Origin: Catajapyx aquilonaris
Lineage: Eukaryota
Direction of reading: 5' to 3'
Length of the DNA stretch: 64,000 bases
NCBI GenBank assembly: GCA_000934665.2
Contig: JYFJ02000131.1
Coordinates: 62,001-126,000, forward strand
Shown: in pieces, positions 23,742 to 38,700 of the stretch
Numbering within the stretch: position 1 is the first letter of the stretch
How the letters are laid out: every line of letters begins with the position of its first letter
The notes under the pieces: model-generated
The model's input: only the letters and a program-made list of their open reading frames with translations
Told to the model about the DNA's origin: nothing
Database searches by the model: none
Translations under genes and position numbers: made by a program

Positions 23742-24944
23742 ACGCGTTTGGAACTCTGCCGCGGATGTTTCCGGTATTAAATCACTTCAAATGCAGTAAA
23801 AGTCTTCGGAAGACATTTTTTAAAAAAATTGGCTAGTGTCATTGCCCCGTTGTAATGTTAGGCGCAGTTATACTTGGAACACCTTGGGAAAGGTCAACAG
23901 TGCAGGTTGTGTGCACTCTTGTAGAATATGAGGCAACGCCTGCATATAAAAATTACAATGTCAAATTTTCAGAGCAGATGTGCATTTGTGACGCATTGTG
24001 CACTTGACTTTACACAATAAGGTGAGCAGTGCGTTGTACTCCTGGCTGCTCTTTTCTTGTCGGTTCTTATCCCCTCCATCTTTACTGCTAAACGACAGGG
24101 ACTTGAGGTTGTAAGGTTCATTCTGATGCGCAGATACCGGTTACTTATAAAATTTCGACACGTGGTACTATTGGCAAACTGGAGATACTGTATATAAGAT
24201 GCATTAGTGACGTACATGAATTATATATTGCCGGTAATGTATATTCTAGTTATGCAAACAAAATCGCTATTTCAACAGTCCTATTTCCAGCAGTAGCTGC
24301 CGGGACACGTCAGTAATATTATCTGAAAAGGTGAAGATATTTTTTTAAACTGTATGGACGTATAGAGCATAGAGGTTAGATATTATTATTGCTACACATA
24401 CAGGCCAGATATGATGGGTGACTGCAGTAGCATACAATCATATAACTGATCGAGAAAAGGCCAGGTAAAGGCAAAAGAGGAGAGGGTTTCAACAGTTGGA
24501 CCGTGATTGACATAATAATCGAAGATCGGCCCTTAACAAGGATTTTAACAAGTCCGCCTGTCCCATTCCCCGATCTGTATCGCACGTTACAGTGCGAAGA
24601 GTGTAGAGTATATATACAGTTTTAATAGGTTACTCCCGGTTACTCCCCTAAGAGGCAAATAGTTCACCAGTCAAGTTCATGAACAGCAGCCTATAAATAC
24701 ATACTATGCATTTTTTGAAATAACTGCAACACCTGGTTTTCTGTACTTTTATCAGCACCAAAACAATCACTATAGAATACTTTTCAGGACGCTACATTTA
24801 ATTATAGGATATGTTATTATCAGTAAAGGTGTAAACCCCACAATATTTCCATTATTTTGATAAGTTTCAAAAGTAACTGCAATAGCATCAGCAGCTCATT
24901 AATAGGGCTGCTCCATAGCATATTCACATTAAGCGTCGAGAACA

Positions 24945-24962
24945 AGTCCAAGGTCGAGGTCA
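24945..24962 (+). promoter_or_regulatory. Three abutting nuclear-receptor half sites (DR0-like)
   Basis: AGTCCA-AGGTCG-AGGTCA. Confidence 0.3.
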
Positions 24963-27900
24963 CGGCATATGAACATGGCACTTACTATATGAATATCATT
25001 TACAAAATGTCATTTACGTGATGTAATTCAGCACATTACACAACCTAAATTTCCTTTCTCCGCTGATCTCACGGGCCACATCAAGTTCATGGCAGAAGTT
25101 GTTCCCATGACCTCGCACACGTTGTAATTCCGAGAGCTATGTAGACGGGTTTTATTTCGAGATTAGGTTTCTCTCCGGCCCCATTAGATGGCTCCAACGG
25201 AGAGTTAAGACTCACGAGCTGCAGATCGATCCTTCTACCTAGTGGCCGACCGCCGAACTGCAGAAGTAAACACTGGGCCGCTTAAAGGTGATGCGACGCA
25301 ATGTTTACACTTCAAGGAAACGGAAAAATTAAATCACTCTTTCTCACGCTCCCCAAATTTTCGCTTTTACTTTAATAATAATAATAATTACAAAAATAAA
25401 GCACTACATGACAACATGCTTGGTTTATATGAGCTCGTATATATGTGCTTACACCAGCTTAACCTTGCCTGACATTTTGTTAAAATAGTACGCTATTGTT
25501 ATGTGAATCCGGGCTGTTAATGCACTTTACAATGTACAAATTATTCCGAGGAGGAATTAGTTAAATTAATTAGTTCGACACCTCTGCACATACATTGTTG
25601 TGCCCGCACGTAATTTAAAGTCACGCTTGTTGTGGCTAGGAATTAAAACCACGAGGCATCGATTGCGTGTGGAAACTCGATCCAATTATAACGAACCACA
25701 CATTGCAATTAATACAGATTTACCGGTTTATATTGTAAAATAGGTGTCAATTATTGTATAGATCGCAAGTGTCCAAATGTAAGAAACGATGGCATCAAAC
25801 TATATCAAAGAAAGCGATGAAATACTCGTTATAAAAAATCACTGCCTATTTGCCTAATTGCACTAGATCCTTCAAAAAATATATACATAGCTAATTAATT
25901 TTTCCTTCGCCTTTATTGAGCCCTTATTGAACTCCATTGCAGACATCACGCTTTCAGAACTTTTTCTTCTCCGCCCTCCCATACAATTTGCCGTCTTCCT
26001 TTTCTCCTCGCGAAATTACAGCTCTCAAACGAAACTTTTATCGTGACTGGCGCCAGGCGACAATTTGTGCAAGTAAGATCAATAATTTGACATTAATGAA
26101 ACCCCCTCATTTTTTTCCCTCTTCCTTCGTCATTACAAAAGAACCTAACCACGAAATCGAAGAAAACGCAACGAGTCCAAGCATATTATAAAAGTTTGAG
26201 GGAGATAGAGACGAGTTGCTATATGCAGAATGTTCAGCAGCAGCATTCCAGTCACAAAGGTCAGAGGCAGTGTTTGCCCAGCCAACATCAGGCCTGAATT
26301 TTGAAGGCGTGCTTGGAATATCTGTATGGAGAATCTGAGCCTCATTTCCCTGCCGCCTGACATAGTTTTCATCTCTCGTGTGTTGCATTATTTCGATATT
26401 TTGCGACCCCCGAATAGGACGGGCTAACAATGTTAGCGTCAACAATAGGCGGAAGGTAACCTTTAAAAAAACAATGCGGTGCAAGAGTTCAAGGAAAATT
26501 ATTAAAATGCAATCTGCAGTGTGCAAATGAAAGTCTGACCTAATGTGTATCATCTGCAAATTTACCTGCTAATTAATTGGATGGCACAACGTAACGGAAC
26601 ATTAATTCGTAATGAATTCTAGATTAATTGCATCGGAAGCTCTATTTACGGCTTCCAACGGTGCGTAACGAGATTTTCTGTCATTCCTTTTGAAAATTAA
26701 TGTAAATTGCACAACAACGCGGCATCTTTCCTCGTAATTTACAATGCTGTAAACAATGCCGCTTTTAGGTTATTCATAATATGTAAAATAATGTACGTAC
26801 GTACTACAGTACGAGTAACGCACTCTGTTTTAAATATACTTAAACATTGCATGCTGTTTCATAACCCGCTGCCTTCATGGCGTCATTTCTCATCGTAGCT
26901 GTTATTTCAAGGTAAAATCACATGCATGGTTAACTACACTTGGCCTTACGTGTAAATACGTGTACCTGTACTCTTCGTGAAATAATCAGTTACAATATTA
27001 TGAAACAACAAGTGGCGTCTGACACCTGTGTGAAACGTGATTCCTCTGCACGATTATTTTCAGGTACAAAAGATGATGGGTTCACCTTTATTCCCTCCCT
27101 ATATCCTTGATCTATTCCTAGAATAATATCGACTATACACTAATAGGAGCTGAAAATGTCGGAAGAATAGCAAAAGTATTAGAAATCCCAAGAAGTTAAC
27201 AGGCACTTGGTATACTGCGACGCATTGTTTCCGTCGCAACGAACCAAATCTGCAGCTATCCAATAAAAAATAAGGGGAAAAAAATATATTCCGGAATTTC
27301 TCATTTAACAAGGCTTTTGTCTGAACCCCCTTGCATATTGATTTTCACCAGTACAAGAATAACCGAGTAGCGTGATGCGATAAGACAATAAAACAGACAA
27401 AGCGAAGGAAGAGCTACCATCGGAACCATGCTAAAGTCTAAGCTTTATCTTAAAGTCATGTTTGTGCTCGCACAAAGTAGGCCTACAAAATCCTCGAGTC
27501 AACTAACTTCGCAGGGGGCTGTCAACATCAAATCTATATGCTCAATAATTTATTATACAGGACCCAAAGTGTGCTTTGTACAGTTCCCTCTCTGCATTGG
27601 CTCAAAGAAGATAATTAAAGTAAAGGGAAGGGCAGACACTAATTTCAAACCAAACGCATTATGCAGTATTCCTGAAATTAATGCTAATGAGTTTGTTATT
27701 ACTCAAAGGCTTGATTCACCAGAAACGCTCAAAGTTATAAGTGAAAATTTATTTTATTTTTGTTTTGTTTATTTGCTTGATTCCCTGTGGGCACGTGACC
27801 CTTTTAAGGGGAACCCCGCTCTTATAATCATTTCATACAAACTTATAAGGGACATCTTACCATGTAGACGGCAATATTCTCAACACAACAATTACATAAT

Positions 27901-28298
27901 CATTCAAAGTATATTATTGCAATAATCATATGCGGTAAATGAGCTCTGTTTTATTGTGTGAGTTTAATGAACAGTAAAAAAGTGTGGACGATTTTTTTTC
28001 TCAGAATTTCATGGCCTTCATCAAGACATGTGCATATGTGTAATTTCCCCCTCAAAAATTCTAGCACATGAGCAAAATTACACACTCAGAGGGACACCTA
28101 CACAGAATCCTTTATAGACCCCCCCCTCCAGCCCTTCCCTTTTCTGTAAAAATAGACAGTATAATCTGACAGGTGAAAACATGACTGTTCCCTGCGGTAT
28201 TCAGGAAATCCAGTTACAATGCAAAGGAACAAGAGAAGGGAGGCGAGAGATTAGCTAGCAGCACGTAGCAACTGTGTGTGTGATTTTCGTCTCACTGC

Positions 28299-28368
28299 TA
28301 GTTACTGCTAACTTCTCAGTACCAGTGTTGGCATTGGTACTACTAGTCTACTACGTTAGCAGTAACTA
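28299..28368. repeat. Inverted repeat/hairpin: 14-bp perfect outer arms plus a 10-bp inner stem
   Basis: Outer arms tagttactgctaac ... gttagcagtaacta; inner agtaccagtg-ttgg-cattggtact. Confidence 0.8.
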
Positions 28369-29721
28369 TAGAAGTGGGACGAAAATTCCACCCCATAATA
28401 ATATTTTGACTTGAGCAAGTTAAGCCAAACCATATACGGACTGCATTGCAAAAGGAATGAATAATTATATTGTTTACCCTATCAATTCGGTTTAAAATGA
28501 AGCAACAATCACTAGTGATTGTGGCTTGACTTGTGTTTCCGTGATCGCGGCTCGATTGCAGCAGCGTCTCCAGAAAACATTATTTTGCAGCTGGAAAAGG
28601 GCCAGAAAAGTTTCTTATTCAGTGCTATCAGTGGTGTTATCACAATGAATAACAAACTTTTCGGGCTCTTTTCCAACTGGACCACGTTTTCCGTAGAATG
28701 TGAATATATTTTATGATGAAGCAGAATATTCTGTCTAACTGGAGTTGCACATATATGCTTCGAGTGGTTACATGTTCACATAATAATGTACACAAAGTCA
28801 CGCCACTCTTGACTTTATGGCTTGGGCCCTCATGAATATAAAAGCCCACCAAAAAAACAGTGTTAATCACCTTATTATTTGCGAATCAAGTTTTTGCATT
28901 AAAATTTGCGACAAGCCCTCCCGAGACTGTCGTGGCTGCACCATGACGCTTATGAGAAGTAGTCTGCAGCCCCAAAATGACGGGGATTAAGCAGCCGTGC
29001 TATCCCTTCCTTAAAACGAGCATCTGGGAGGAAAACCAGAGGAACACCTGTAATCCCGCATCCGCCTCCATGAATCCCAATTTGCAGGCTGCTCTAGTCC
29101 AAATGAACCTCTCCAGTGCTTCATACTCCCGAAATGTTGAAGAGAGATGGGAGCCTCATTACTACAACTCCCGATCTCATTTTCCATACCAAGGGACATC
29201 TTATGCCTTGCAGACGTCGCGCTCTTTCCTCTCCACTTGAAGAAAACCCATAAGTCGGACCCCCAACCGATAGAAACTTTCATTGTCTCCTTTTGAATCG
29301 ATTTTCCAAGCACAAGTTGGAAAATAGAATATTGTCAGTCTTCGGTCGCTGCTGCCTCCTCACGTGGACCGAATATCTAAGTTAAAACGATGTACGATCC
29401 ATCACCTTTATCTAACTCATTTGAGCGCCTTTCATCATTCACCTTCGCAGGTGGTTCGATTTAGCTCAAGGTGTTATTGTTCACCCAACTTGGGCGCAAG
29501 GTTTTCGAAAATTTGTTTTAATTTATTTTCTTGCGCGTGTTAAGTAGAGCGCCATTAATCAACTCTGTGCATGTGAGAACGAAAATAAAATTCCTCAGAA
29601 AGGCCAAGGACCGCTCAGGTCCTAGAAGCATGAGCCTTAAACATTACAAGTTTGCATACAGCGCACTTTCTCAGTAAAACAATAGAGTCTCTGTTTATTT
29701 ATTTATTTCTAATACTGTTTG

Positions 29722-29805
29722 TGACGTCACGTTATGCCTAACTCCCCCACCCCTCACGTCACAGACGGTCACACTGACATCAACCCTCTCACAGTATGAC
29801 GTTCC
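29722..29805 (+). mobile_element. Degenerate dispersed repeat (MITE-like), related to 735-829; includes a full CRE at 29722
   Basis: Colinear similarity to the reverse complement of 735-829, with repeated GTCAC motifs separated by C-runs. Confidence 0.4.
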
Positions 29806-32800
29806 CATACATTATGCTATAAATATTACTTAGAATAAGACTAACATGCAAGGCCACCCCCATGAATCTAACTTAGGTTGACAGCCACTCTGGGAGCGTA
29901 GGAGTTGATAGAACGTGAAAATTATCAAGTCTATTTCAAGAAAATACTTTGTTAGAATAAAACGAAAGTTGGAAGCCTGAAATCCCCACAATTATGCAGG
30001 CTTACAAATGAGGGAAAAGCCGCAATTACGTTCGCATTAGAGTAGTGCGCATTTTGCCTTTTGCACTCAAAAAAAGGCTGAAGGTAAATAATTAATCGTA
30101 GGAACAGCAGTAACTACAATCCTTCTTGATATTATTAACTAATTATAATATAGAGCTACATGTTCATTTTTCATCATCTGTCACGAGTCTACATACATTT
30201 TACGCATCAAAAATTGCATACTGTATATATACCTGCTCATTTTTTACTTATACAAGAAGTGCCCACAAATTATATTCACTGCAGTGAATGTACTCGTATC
30301 AATGCTAAATCCGATCCTCATAATTATGCAATATGCATCTAAACACGTCACTGCGGGGGGTATAAATTAACGTCATTTGATTCATTCCGTGGTGCTAATT
30401 CGTCATAAAAAAATTATAACCACACATAAGATATTCTCCATGTCAGATCCGCAGTATTTATCCAACGCGGACGTGTAGGATGGAATGAAAATACAATGCA
30501 ATCGGGTCAAGTGGAAACAGTAATGCAATTAACCCAATGTTACGAACAGGAACCAGATTTTAAAATCTGAGCCCAGGTCATGAATTAAACACGAACGTAA
30601 TCCAAATCCAATTAACAGGCCCAATATTATGCACTTTTTAACCCCCTCCAGGTCACTTCGATTATTCTAGCTAGTAGTCCCCCTGCAAAAATCACACTAT
30701 TGCAGATCGAGCTACAGTTAAAAGACATCCATTAAAGCCTATACATTATTCAGCATAATGACGTCCTCACCCGAGAAAAATTTAGCATTTTATATACGTA
30801 TATAGAAAAACACACAGTCGGCCTGAAAAGGGGCGATAACTGTCTGGATGTTAGTTCCTTTTATAGTCGTCTGAATTTCTGCGATCGAACATTATCACGA
30901 CTCCTGGAGTTGTATACCTTCATGCCAAATTTCATCGCAATGGCACCAGTGGTTTGGGCTCTTGGAGTTTATCAATACCGCCCGTGCTGCCTGGGTAGAA
31001 AATCTGCTACTCCAAATAAACGGATCCATAAATACTGTAGGGGTGTATAAATTCTACGAGAGGACTGTAATCTTCACGTAAATTTTGATTGCCTCAATGC
31101 ATCTTATGGTACAGGTACTGCAACATTTATTACAGTTATAACGACGACAAAAGTGCAGTATTGTGCGAATCAATGTTCAGCAACATTCAAAAACTGTCTT
31201 TTTGTTAGTTTGGTAGTCTGGTAATTATAATAATGTAAAGACTTCTTTCATAAAAGCTGGCAAAAATACTATTAGTATAAAATCATAATTTTATTAACTA
31301 TATCAAAAATGACAGAGTTTCATAATAGCAGACGCAGTAATTTGGCCTTCACCATATCTGGCAAAACAAATCGGCTCAAACTGAACCTGGAAAAAGCTTT
31401 GATAATATATAGTCGACTGTAGGCGGGGAAGATATTAATTCAATTTTATCATTACTGATGATCAAAGCAGTGCAGAAACGGGTCCTCCCCCTCCCATACC
31501 GCCCACCCCACATCGGCGGCTGTCAGATATAAATGTCAAAAAAATAAAATAGTGAAGTCTATAGACCATATGGAGCTGGCTAGCAAGCAAATCCCGGATT
31601 TGGAAATTCCCGTTACTCATAATTAAATAATGACAAAAATGTGACTCAGATTGTTCTTCAAATATTCCGCCCTGGAATTATAATAACTTTCCCAATATCG
31701 TGTCGTCTCATTTCCAACATTACGCGGTTTCTGAAGGTATATACGAGCTTATATTAATTTTCGCAAGCCCGACCGAAAGTATCCACCTGTGGGAAAAGCG
31801 TCTGCTAAAATTGAATTTCCACGCTCTCAATTTCCCTAACCCACCACGACCGCAAGTGTATTGAAAAAAAAAACGTGTTCAATAATCATAGCGCTTGGTC
31901 CTCAGAAAATACTTTCAAAATTACACAAAGCCTCCTAACATCATGTTCCACTGAAAAAAAAAAACATTTTTCCATCATTGCGATTGGAGGAAAACGGTGA
32001 ATAGTCCCACAAATTATTTTTATTCGTCCATATTTTTCAACAGCTTACTACGTCTTCCCAACCTTTAATGGCAAAGTGTGCATAAAAGCATTTTTCGCCG
32101 CAATTGCGCGCCTTCTTGCGATTTAACAAGAAGCTTTTTTCCGGCCTTGAATCCGGCCTGAAAAAAGAAGTAAACATCAGGGCGAAAGAGCGACTTGTGT
32201 GTACCTTCCTGAGGGAATTGATCGTGATTCCTGGAAGCTGCCTGTTTGCACACACAAAAGAAGGGGGGAAAAAAAAACTTTTTTCACTGGTACGTAGTTC
32301 CAGCCAACAGTTACCGATTCTCATGATACGTCAAGTGTTGGTTGGCCGCGGTCAGGGCATCAGGAGAGCCGGTGGTCACTCTCAAATTGGTCTGACGCGG
32401 TCAAATGAAAAAAGTTTTCATGTCGCTTCGAGAGGCTTACTTTGGAGCTGTGTACACGTTCCGGCAGCCAACTCTTCTCCACAAAATTTACAGCATTTCC
32501 GCGGCCATGAATCTAACAAAATTATTTTATTTGAATATTTTACCCGGATACACATCGGACAGTAATTTCCTCTGTAGGTAACGGTTCAGACATCTTCTCA
32601 CGGTAAAGGCTGCAAGATGTACAGTACAGTTATGTAATGTTCTGGGCATATTTGTACGTCAGTGTGTTTACTCATCTCACCCAGGTTAATGAAATTACGC
32701 GGTTGCATCAGTAGGCATGTATGTATTACGCAATTTCATGCGGTATACCTTGCGTGTGTAGAAGGAAGTACGTGTGCCTGAACTTCCTGGATATATATAA

Positions 32801-33740
32801 GAGGCATTGTTGAGAAGCGATACAGCGAGAAAATTCGCTTATTAGACGGCCTCAGAATTTCTCTCCATACAGCAACTTGCGCAACATCTCTGAGCCGTCA
32901 ACTTCAGTTACTGCTCATGTAATTCGATGTGGACCGTAATTGTTACTGAAGGATTTCCTAATTACACGCCAAACCGATCATGTGAATCTCAACGCTCGTT
33001 TTAATCTCAGCTGTCAGCCCAGCAGTCAAGAGCCAAGCCTTCAGTGTTTGACTACCAGACAAGAATGTGAGCACACAAAAACAGATCAACCGTGGCCATT
33101 AATCAAGAACGATGAGCGTGGATCTACTTGTAATTGCTTCATTACCTGACCCTAATTGCACTCGTTATTCTCCTATAATTGGAGGCAGATACATCCGCGA
33201 CTGTCTGTGCCTGAAAATCACAACTGTATTAGACACACAGCAAACCACAAAAATAGTCGGATCATGGTTATTCAATGCTGCTCACTTCGTTAGTGAGAGA
33301 TTATTCACGCCAATTATTCTGCAAAAAAAACCTGAGACCGCACAGAACGGATCTTATCGATTTAGGACCAAGTTGGAAATTCAAAGTAGGGTATATCCTA
33401 CCAGATGTTGCGTGCGATGGGCTCTCTGGATGTAAAACTTACCTGAAAAGAGAAAAGATTAATTAGTCATCAAGTGGGTAGAACATAAATCGATTTCTTT
33501 TTTTGCATAATTCAGCATGGTGAAGGTTCAGTTACTTGATGAAAGGTACTCGAGCCCTCAGAGCTAACTGAGGCAACTATTCTGATTAACAAGGTGCAGA
33601 GTATCTAGACTCGATTCTCAAGGTTTGTCGCAGTGTAAGTAATTGGACCAGACCTCGTACAGAAGGTATGAGCAACCTTTGATGGAATTGTAACTGGAAT
33701 CATGCAGTAGCAGTGTTATTCGACTGTGCATTAGAATGCA

Positions 33741-33748
33741 TGACGTCA
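33741..33748. promoter_or_regulatory. Full CRE palindrome
   Basis: TGACGTCA. Confidence 0.4.
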
Positions 33749-35689
33749 AGGGTAATAAGAAATTTGCAAACATGCGTCAGTGTGCAGTGTGTACACGTCG
33801 ATTGTGCATTAATTAAAGATAACAACACATCATTTCCATAAAATATTCACCCGGAGATTCAGATAGAACATGCCATGATTACAGTGTAATGTGCATGTCT
33901 GTAATGTGGTAATGCACGGTTAAATTTTTCCCCCTTAGTATTTTATCTCACTCTCGTTTGATGGCTCCCCGTGGAGGTAAAAAATTCCGCAGTTCGCAAA
34001 AAAAAATCGTACGCGGCCGCTAATATCCGCCAATTATTAGGAGCGATTGCACAAAGCAGTACCCTGGTTTAATAATGTCGGGGGCCGCGGAAACGGGCGG
34101 AAATGCAGGTTCATGAATATGGCCAGCAAAGCCTCGTGATGCGAGATAAACTAATGGAATGTTTACCTTCAAACGGGGTGGGTGTAAATAAACATAAATG
34201 TGTATATCTCGTTTCCCTGCATTCTGGCCTGGAAAACCAATGTAAGTGATACTTTACGCTAATGCACTTTGGGTTGAGATTCTCTGATCGTATGACCTTT
34301 TCCCAGTGCAGAAACAGCCATAGGTATCAATCCTCCAACAGGCAGACATTAAAGATGAAAAATATAAATCCTATATCAGAGAAAAGTTCTGCTGGAAAAT
34401 TATTTCCCCGATGACCAAAACACTATCGGAGAGAATGCATCCAGATGAAATTCGCAACTTTTGATGGATTCTACTGGTGTTGTGCTATCCAACTCACGAC
34501 AAAAGACACAACAATGTCGCCAGAAAGATTTTTTTTTTTTTAAATGCAAGAAACCTTTGCAGACGACTTTTTCCCCTAAGGCGGAATCAGCTTGGAACAA
34601 GGAATACACATGCGAAGTTTTCAAGCCTTGCATAATTTGATTCAATTACATCTCCCTGCCCTCTTCTAATTTGCAAAGTTTGAGAAAGTCGCGGGACGAA
34701 GCAAGCTATCTGGAATGAAATTTGGTTTCTCAGTCGAGTTTTCCCCCTGGCAACCCCTGCCACCCCTAGTAATGCATTTATGAGTCCAGAGCCCTTTTTT
34801 TACATGCAACAGTAATAAATCAATTCAGAATCGGCACGGGTCCGCATATGGAAACAGTTTAGCTCTACCTCCAAAGACTACCAACCAAAAAAGGTCATTT
34901 GAAAAAAAAAATACTGGCCCTCATTTGTAACTATTGCGTTACACCGGGTTCGTGATTGGAATGAAGCATTTTGGATCAAAGCAAACCGGTAAATCATTTT
35001 TCATTGCTCTCATGTAAGAAAGAGCGCCAATATTTGCACAAGTTGGCCCCATTTCCGCAGTTAGTTCAGTGCGAATTGCACACTATTGTTATGAATGTCC
35101 ATATCGCTCATAGAATTTCTCAGTGCATTCTATACATTTTCCATTTATAAATTTCAAGGCTGTTGAGATGCATTTGACTTATCAGAATCTACGTTCTGGG
35201 ACATATAACTGCCGGAATAGATTGCAGTAGTCTTGTAATAGTCCCAAGTAAGAGTTTCTGCAGTATTCCATACACATTTCCATGGCTAGAGCCCCCCTCT
35301 TGTTGGACTCCCCATTGAAAGGGCGAAACCAATTTCCGTTGGTGCTAACTGCATTTCCTTTTCCTCTCTTCCGTTTTACCATCTATTTCAAATGCGCCTC
35401 AGAGCCCCCCCTTCACTTGTTTGATGGCTGCCAACTTTTAGGAGGGATAAAGTTCATCGCCACAAATGGACTTCTTAAGCATTGCTCTTGAATCGATCGT
35501 CTATTTCTGGACTTTTTTCCGTTAAGTAATTCGGTTAAATCGCTTGTTTTGAACTTGGTAATTTCAGCGACGCTTCACCGTAATGGCTGTAAAAGTTAGC
35601 TGGCAAGTAACTAGATTTCATCATGCTGGAGTGCACATTCACAATTTTGATCTAAATTTGGAAAATGCTCGCGTGCGCAAAATAACAAC

Positions 35690-35712
35690 AATAATAATAA
35701 TAATAATAATAA
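35690..35712. repeat. (AAT)n microsatellite
   Basis: About 7 AAT units. Confidence 0.9.
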
Positions 35713-38700
35713 GCCGAAAATTTGCGACTAACATTACTCTCAAATTCAGGCCTCAGAATTTCACCTTTTCAATTTAATAAACGTGGGTGTCTACATTCAA
35801 TGAAGTAAAATTGTATATGCATTGTGACGACTCATAATAGCAGCCATCAAAAGCTTCCTTTGATCTTTATGGAGACCTACTGTAAATTAATTTCTGAGAA
35901 TGAAAGCAGGAATTAGAAATGAGGCTCTCCCAAGTCCCTGTGATTTTCTTTAAATAATGCATCAGTCTTGATCCAAGACGGATATCATTTGAATATCATT
36001 ATTTCCTCTGGCTCCAGGCGAGAGATCCCTTGAAAATTCAAACGTCAAAAAAAACTATTGATTCGTTAATTTTATCCTAGTTTGATACTACCTCTGCTTT
36101 TTGCAGTTTGTTTCAAATGAATCATTACATGTACTGCTATAGTATTTCATAATGTACAGAAGGCTGACAAGCATATAACGTGTGAGCAGGATATTAACTT
36201 TATGTAAGGGTGTACCGCCAGCTGTTAAGGGTAAAAAAAAACTTCTCAATTAAAGTGAATGGTACTCCATATTCAGCAACACGCCTTGTAAAAAGATCGA
36301 TGAAGGAGGGAATGGTTCTCGTCTCCTCCCAGCAATTTTGTACCTTTGCACCACCTTGCCAAAGTTCATCTCCGACGCAGCTCATGCAGAAATATTGGCG
36401 TAAAGGTTACATCTTGCTTTTTCACCCCTCACACTTTCTACTTCCAAACCCCCTCCCCCCCTCCTTCTTTTTACTTCCATGATGAAAAGGAGTTGAGCGG
36501 AAAGATTACTGTCATGCTGACACCAATGGACGTCTTCTCTGGACCTGCACCTTTTTCAATGATTAAGAAGGTTCCGAGTCCTTCCCGCAATGCGGATACC
36601 CAGAGTAAGAGAGACACTTCCTTCTCTCCACAGGGTGGCCAATTGGATTCAAACATTCAACATTTATTTTTTTCTTACTCTGCGGTTTGGCACAGTATCA
36701 GGGACTCGGAACTCACCGATGTTTACAGTCTACGGCCTGAAGTGCTTCCACTCTTTATTGTAGCTCCGAAGTATAATAATTATATTGGTCCGGAAGAGTG
36801 GAGGCAATTTATCAAACCCTAGAAATAGCACTCCAGAGTAGCACAAACATATTTTATTATATCGGGAACCAAAGAGGGCACGTATACAATCACATTAAGG
36901 GTGGAGCACACCAATGCATGTGTAGTAAACATCCACAAAATGTGAAGAGTCAGTAAACAGTGCACGTAAATGTGAAGTCAAATCTCGGTGTAATTCAGGG
37001 TCTCCTTCGTTACGCATCATTTATCTCTAAAAGGACAATCTGCAGACTGAAAATTACACGCCGGAGAATTTGGCGGTTAATTAAGTCAAAAGGAGCAATT
37101 AATTTCGATTCGCAGAGTCAGCACAGCAACGTTAATCGTCCAACTCATTGCAAGGCACTTGTCTCCGCATGCCACAACCGCAAACTACTAATTGGCTTAA
37201 TATTGTTATTCGCCATTTCTCGCCTCATTTTATTTGCACGTCACAAATTCGCGAACTAACGCTTCTGCCAACTGCAACTGGTAAAGTAAAGTGTCACTTG
37301 CAGGATTTTTGGCACCAAGCCACTAATTACGACGGTGTGCAGTTACTTTTAGTACCATCAAAAACAATTTGACGGAAATAAATGCGCATTGTTCAACCTA
37401 TCAGCCTCAAGATATATTACTCCGCATTGTACGTATTATGATGGGTTGTAATTGTTTATTAGGTTAGCAATTTATATCCTGAATAAATATTTCTGTGTAG
37501 CCTAATATTAGACACTAATACATGGACAGTAGCCCCTATGAGTAGAGGAAGAAAAAGATATTGTAGGCTGCCTTCATCGCTACAGTTAGTAACAGCAGAT
37601 CAGCAACTGCTAATTGCTTCAACAGTATATCTCTCTAGAGTTTGCACACATTTGGTTTCAACTATATATGCTCCACTTGTTTACTACTTCCCTGCAGCAC
37701 GCAACCTCAGGACCGCAAAAGAGGAAATGAGTTCTCAGCTTTTATCATTCCTGCGCGGCTATATCCGTCTCCCAAAGTGACCCATCCAGCTGTGAATAAT
37801 GAAGCGTTGATAACCCGGGTAGGTCTTGGGAGGGATTTTGTGACCTCACAAAAGAGTTTGGCCCGAGGGCGAAAATTGGTCCCGATATATGCTCGAGTTA
37901 TGACCCGTGGGGCGTGTGAGGACACGCCATTTTGAATCATTTGTCATCCGCGTCCAACCTTGGCCCTCTGGAGGCCGGGCATGGAAACCAACAACATAAA
38001 AGGACGCCATCTCGGACGATGCGTTCTATTGACAAATGGGGACATCCTTTTGAAGGCCTCCAGACGTGACGAATAGGAAGCCAGGGTCCTCGCCAGGTCG
38101 TAAATCTCAAACGGAAGAAGTCAGCCCGAGATCTCTCTTTTTTGTGGCCGGAAAAGCGAAGCCGAGGACCCTCAGGCTAGCCCTATAATCAATGATATAA
38201 GTCTAGAGTCTGTAAAGGCGGCCATTTTTGAAGGCATCGGAGGCCATGACATTTTATGTGGAAAGGACTTCTGGTCGAATTTCGTGAAACTTTAGCTCTT
38301 AGAATTGGAGTTGGGACCCTTTTCATGTGTCCGCAATAGTTCCTCCCATTGTCACACCTAATTTGCCATATCAGACACTTCCAAGTTGTCAGAATCACAG
38401 TAGGCGTCAAGAAGTTAATGTAATGACTCCAACAGTGTAAACCGGCCGCCGTCTGAATAATCCGGTTAGCAATCCCCCTGTTGTTCCAGTTGAATGTACT
38501 TTTCCAGAGCTCTCTCAGGTCCTGCTGGAACAGCTCAGATGGGGGAAGAGGTGGAAACTTCTGGTTTTCCACCCACTTATTCTCTCTTCCTCACAAAACC
38601 TCCTTCTTGAATCGGGTCCCTCCCGGTAATCCGGTTATTCCAACAGAATCGGCTTGCGGGCCCATTTCCACCACAAGATGCACGCTCACAGATTTCTCGC

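Noticed and set aside
33002..33023. taatctcagctg, matching the 5' half of miR-216
   Set aside because: Similarity stops after 12 nt and no star arm is evident.
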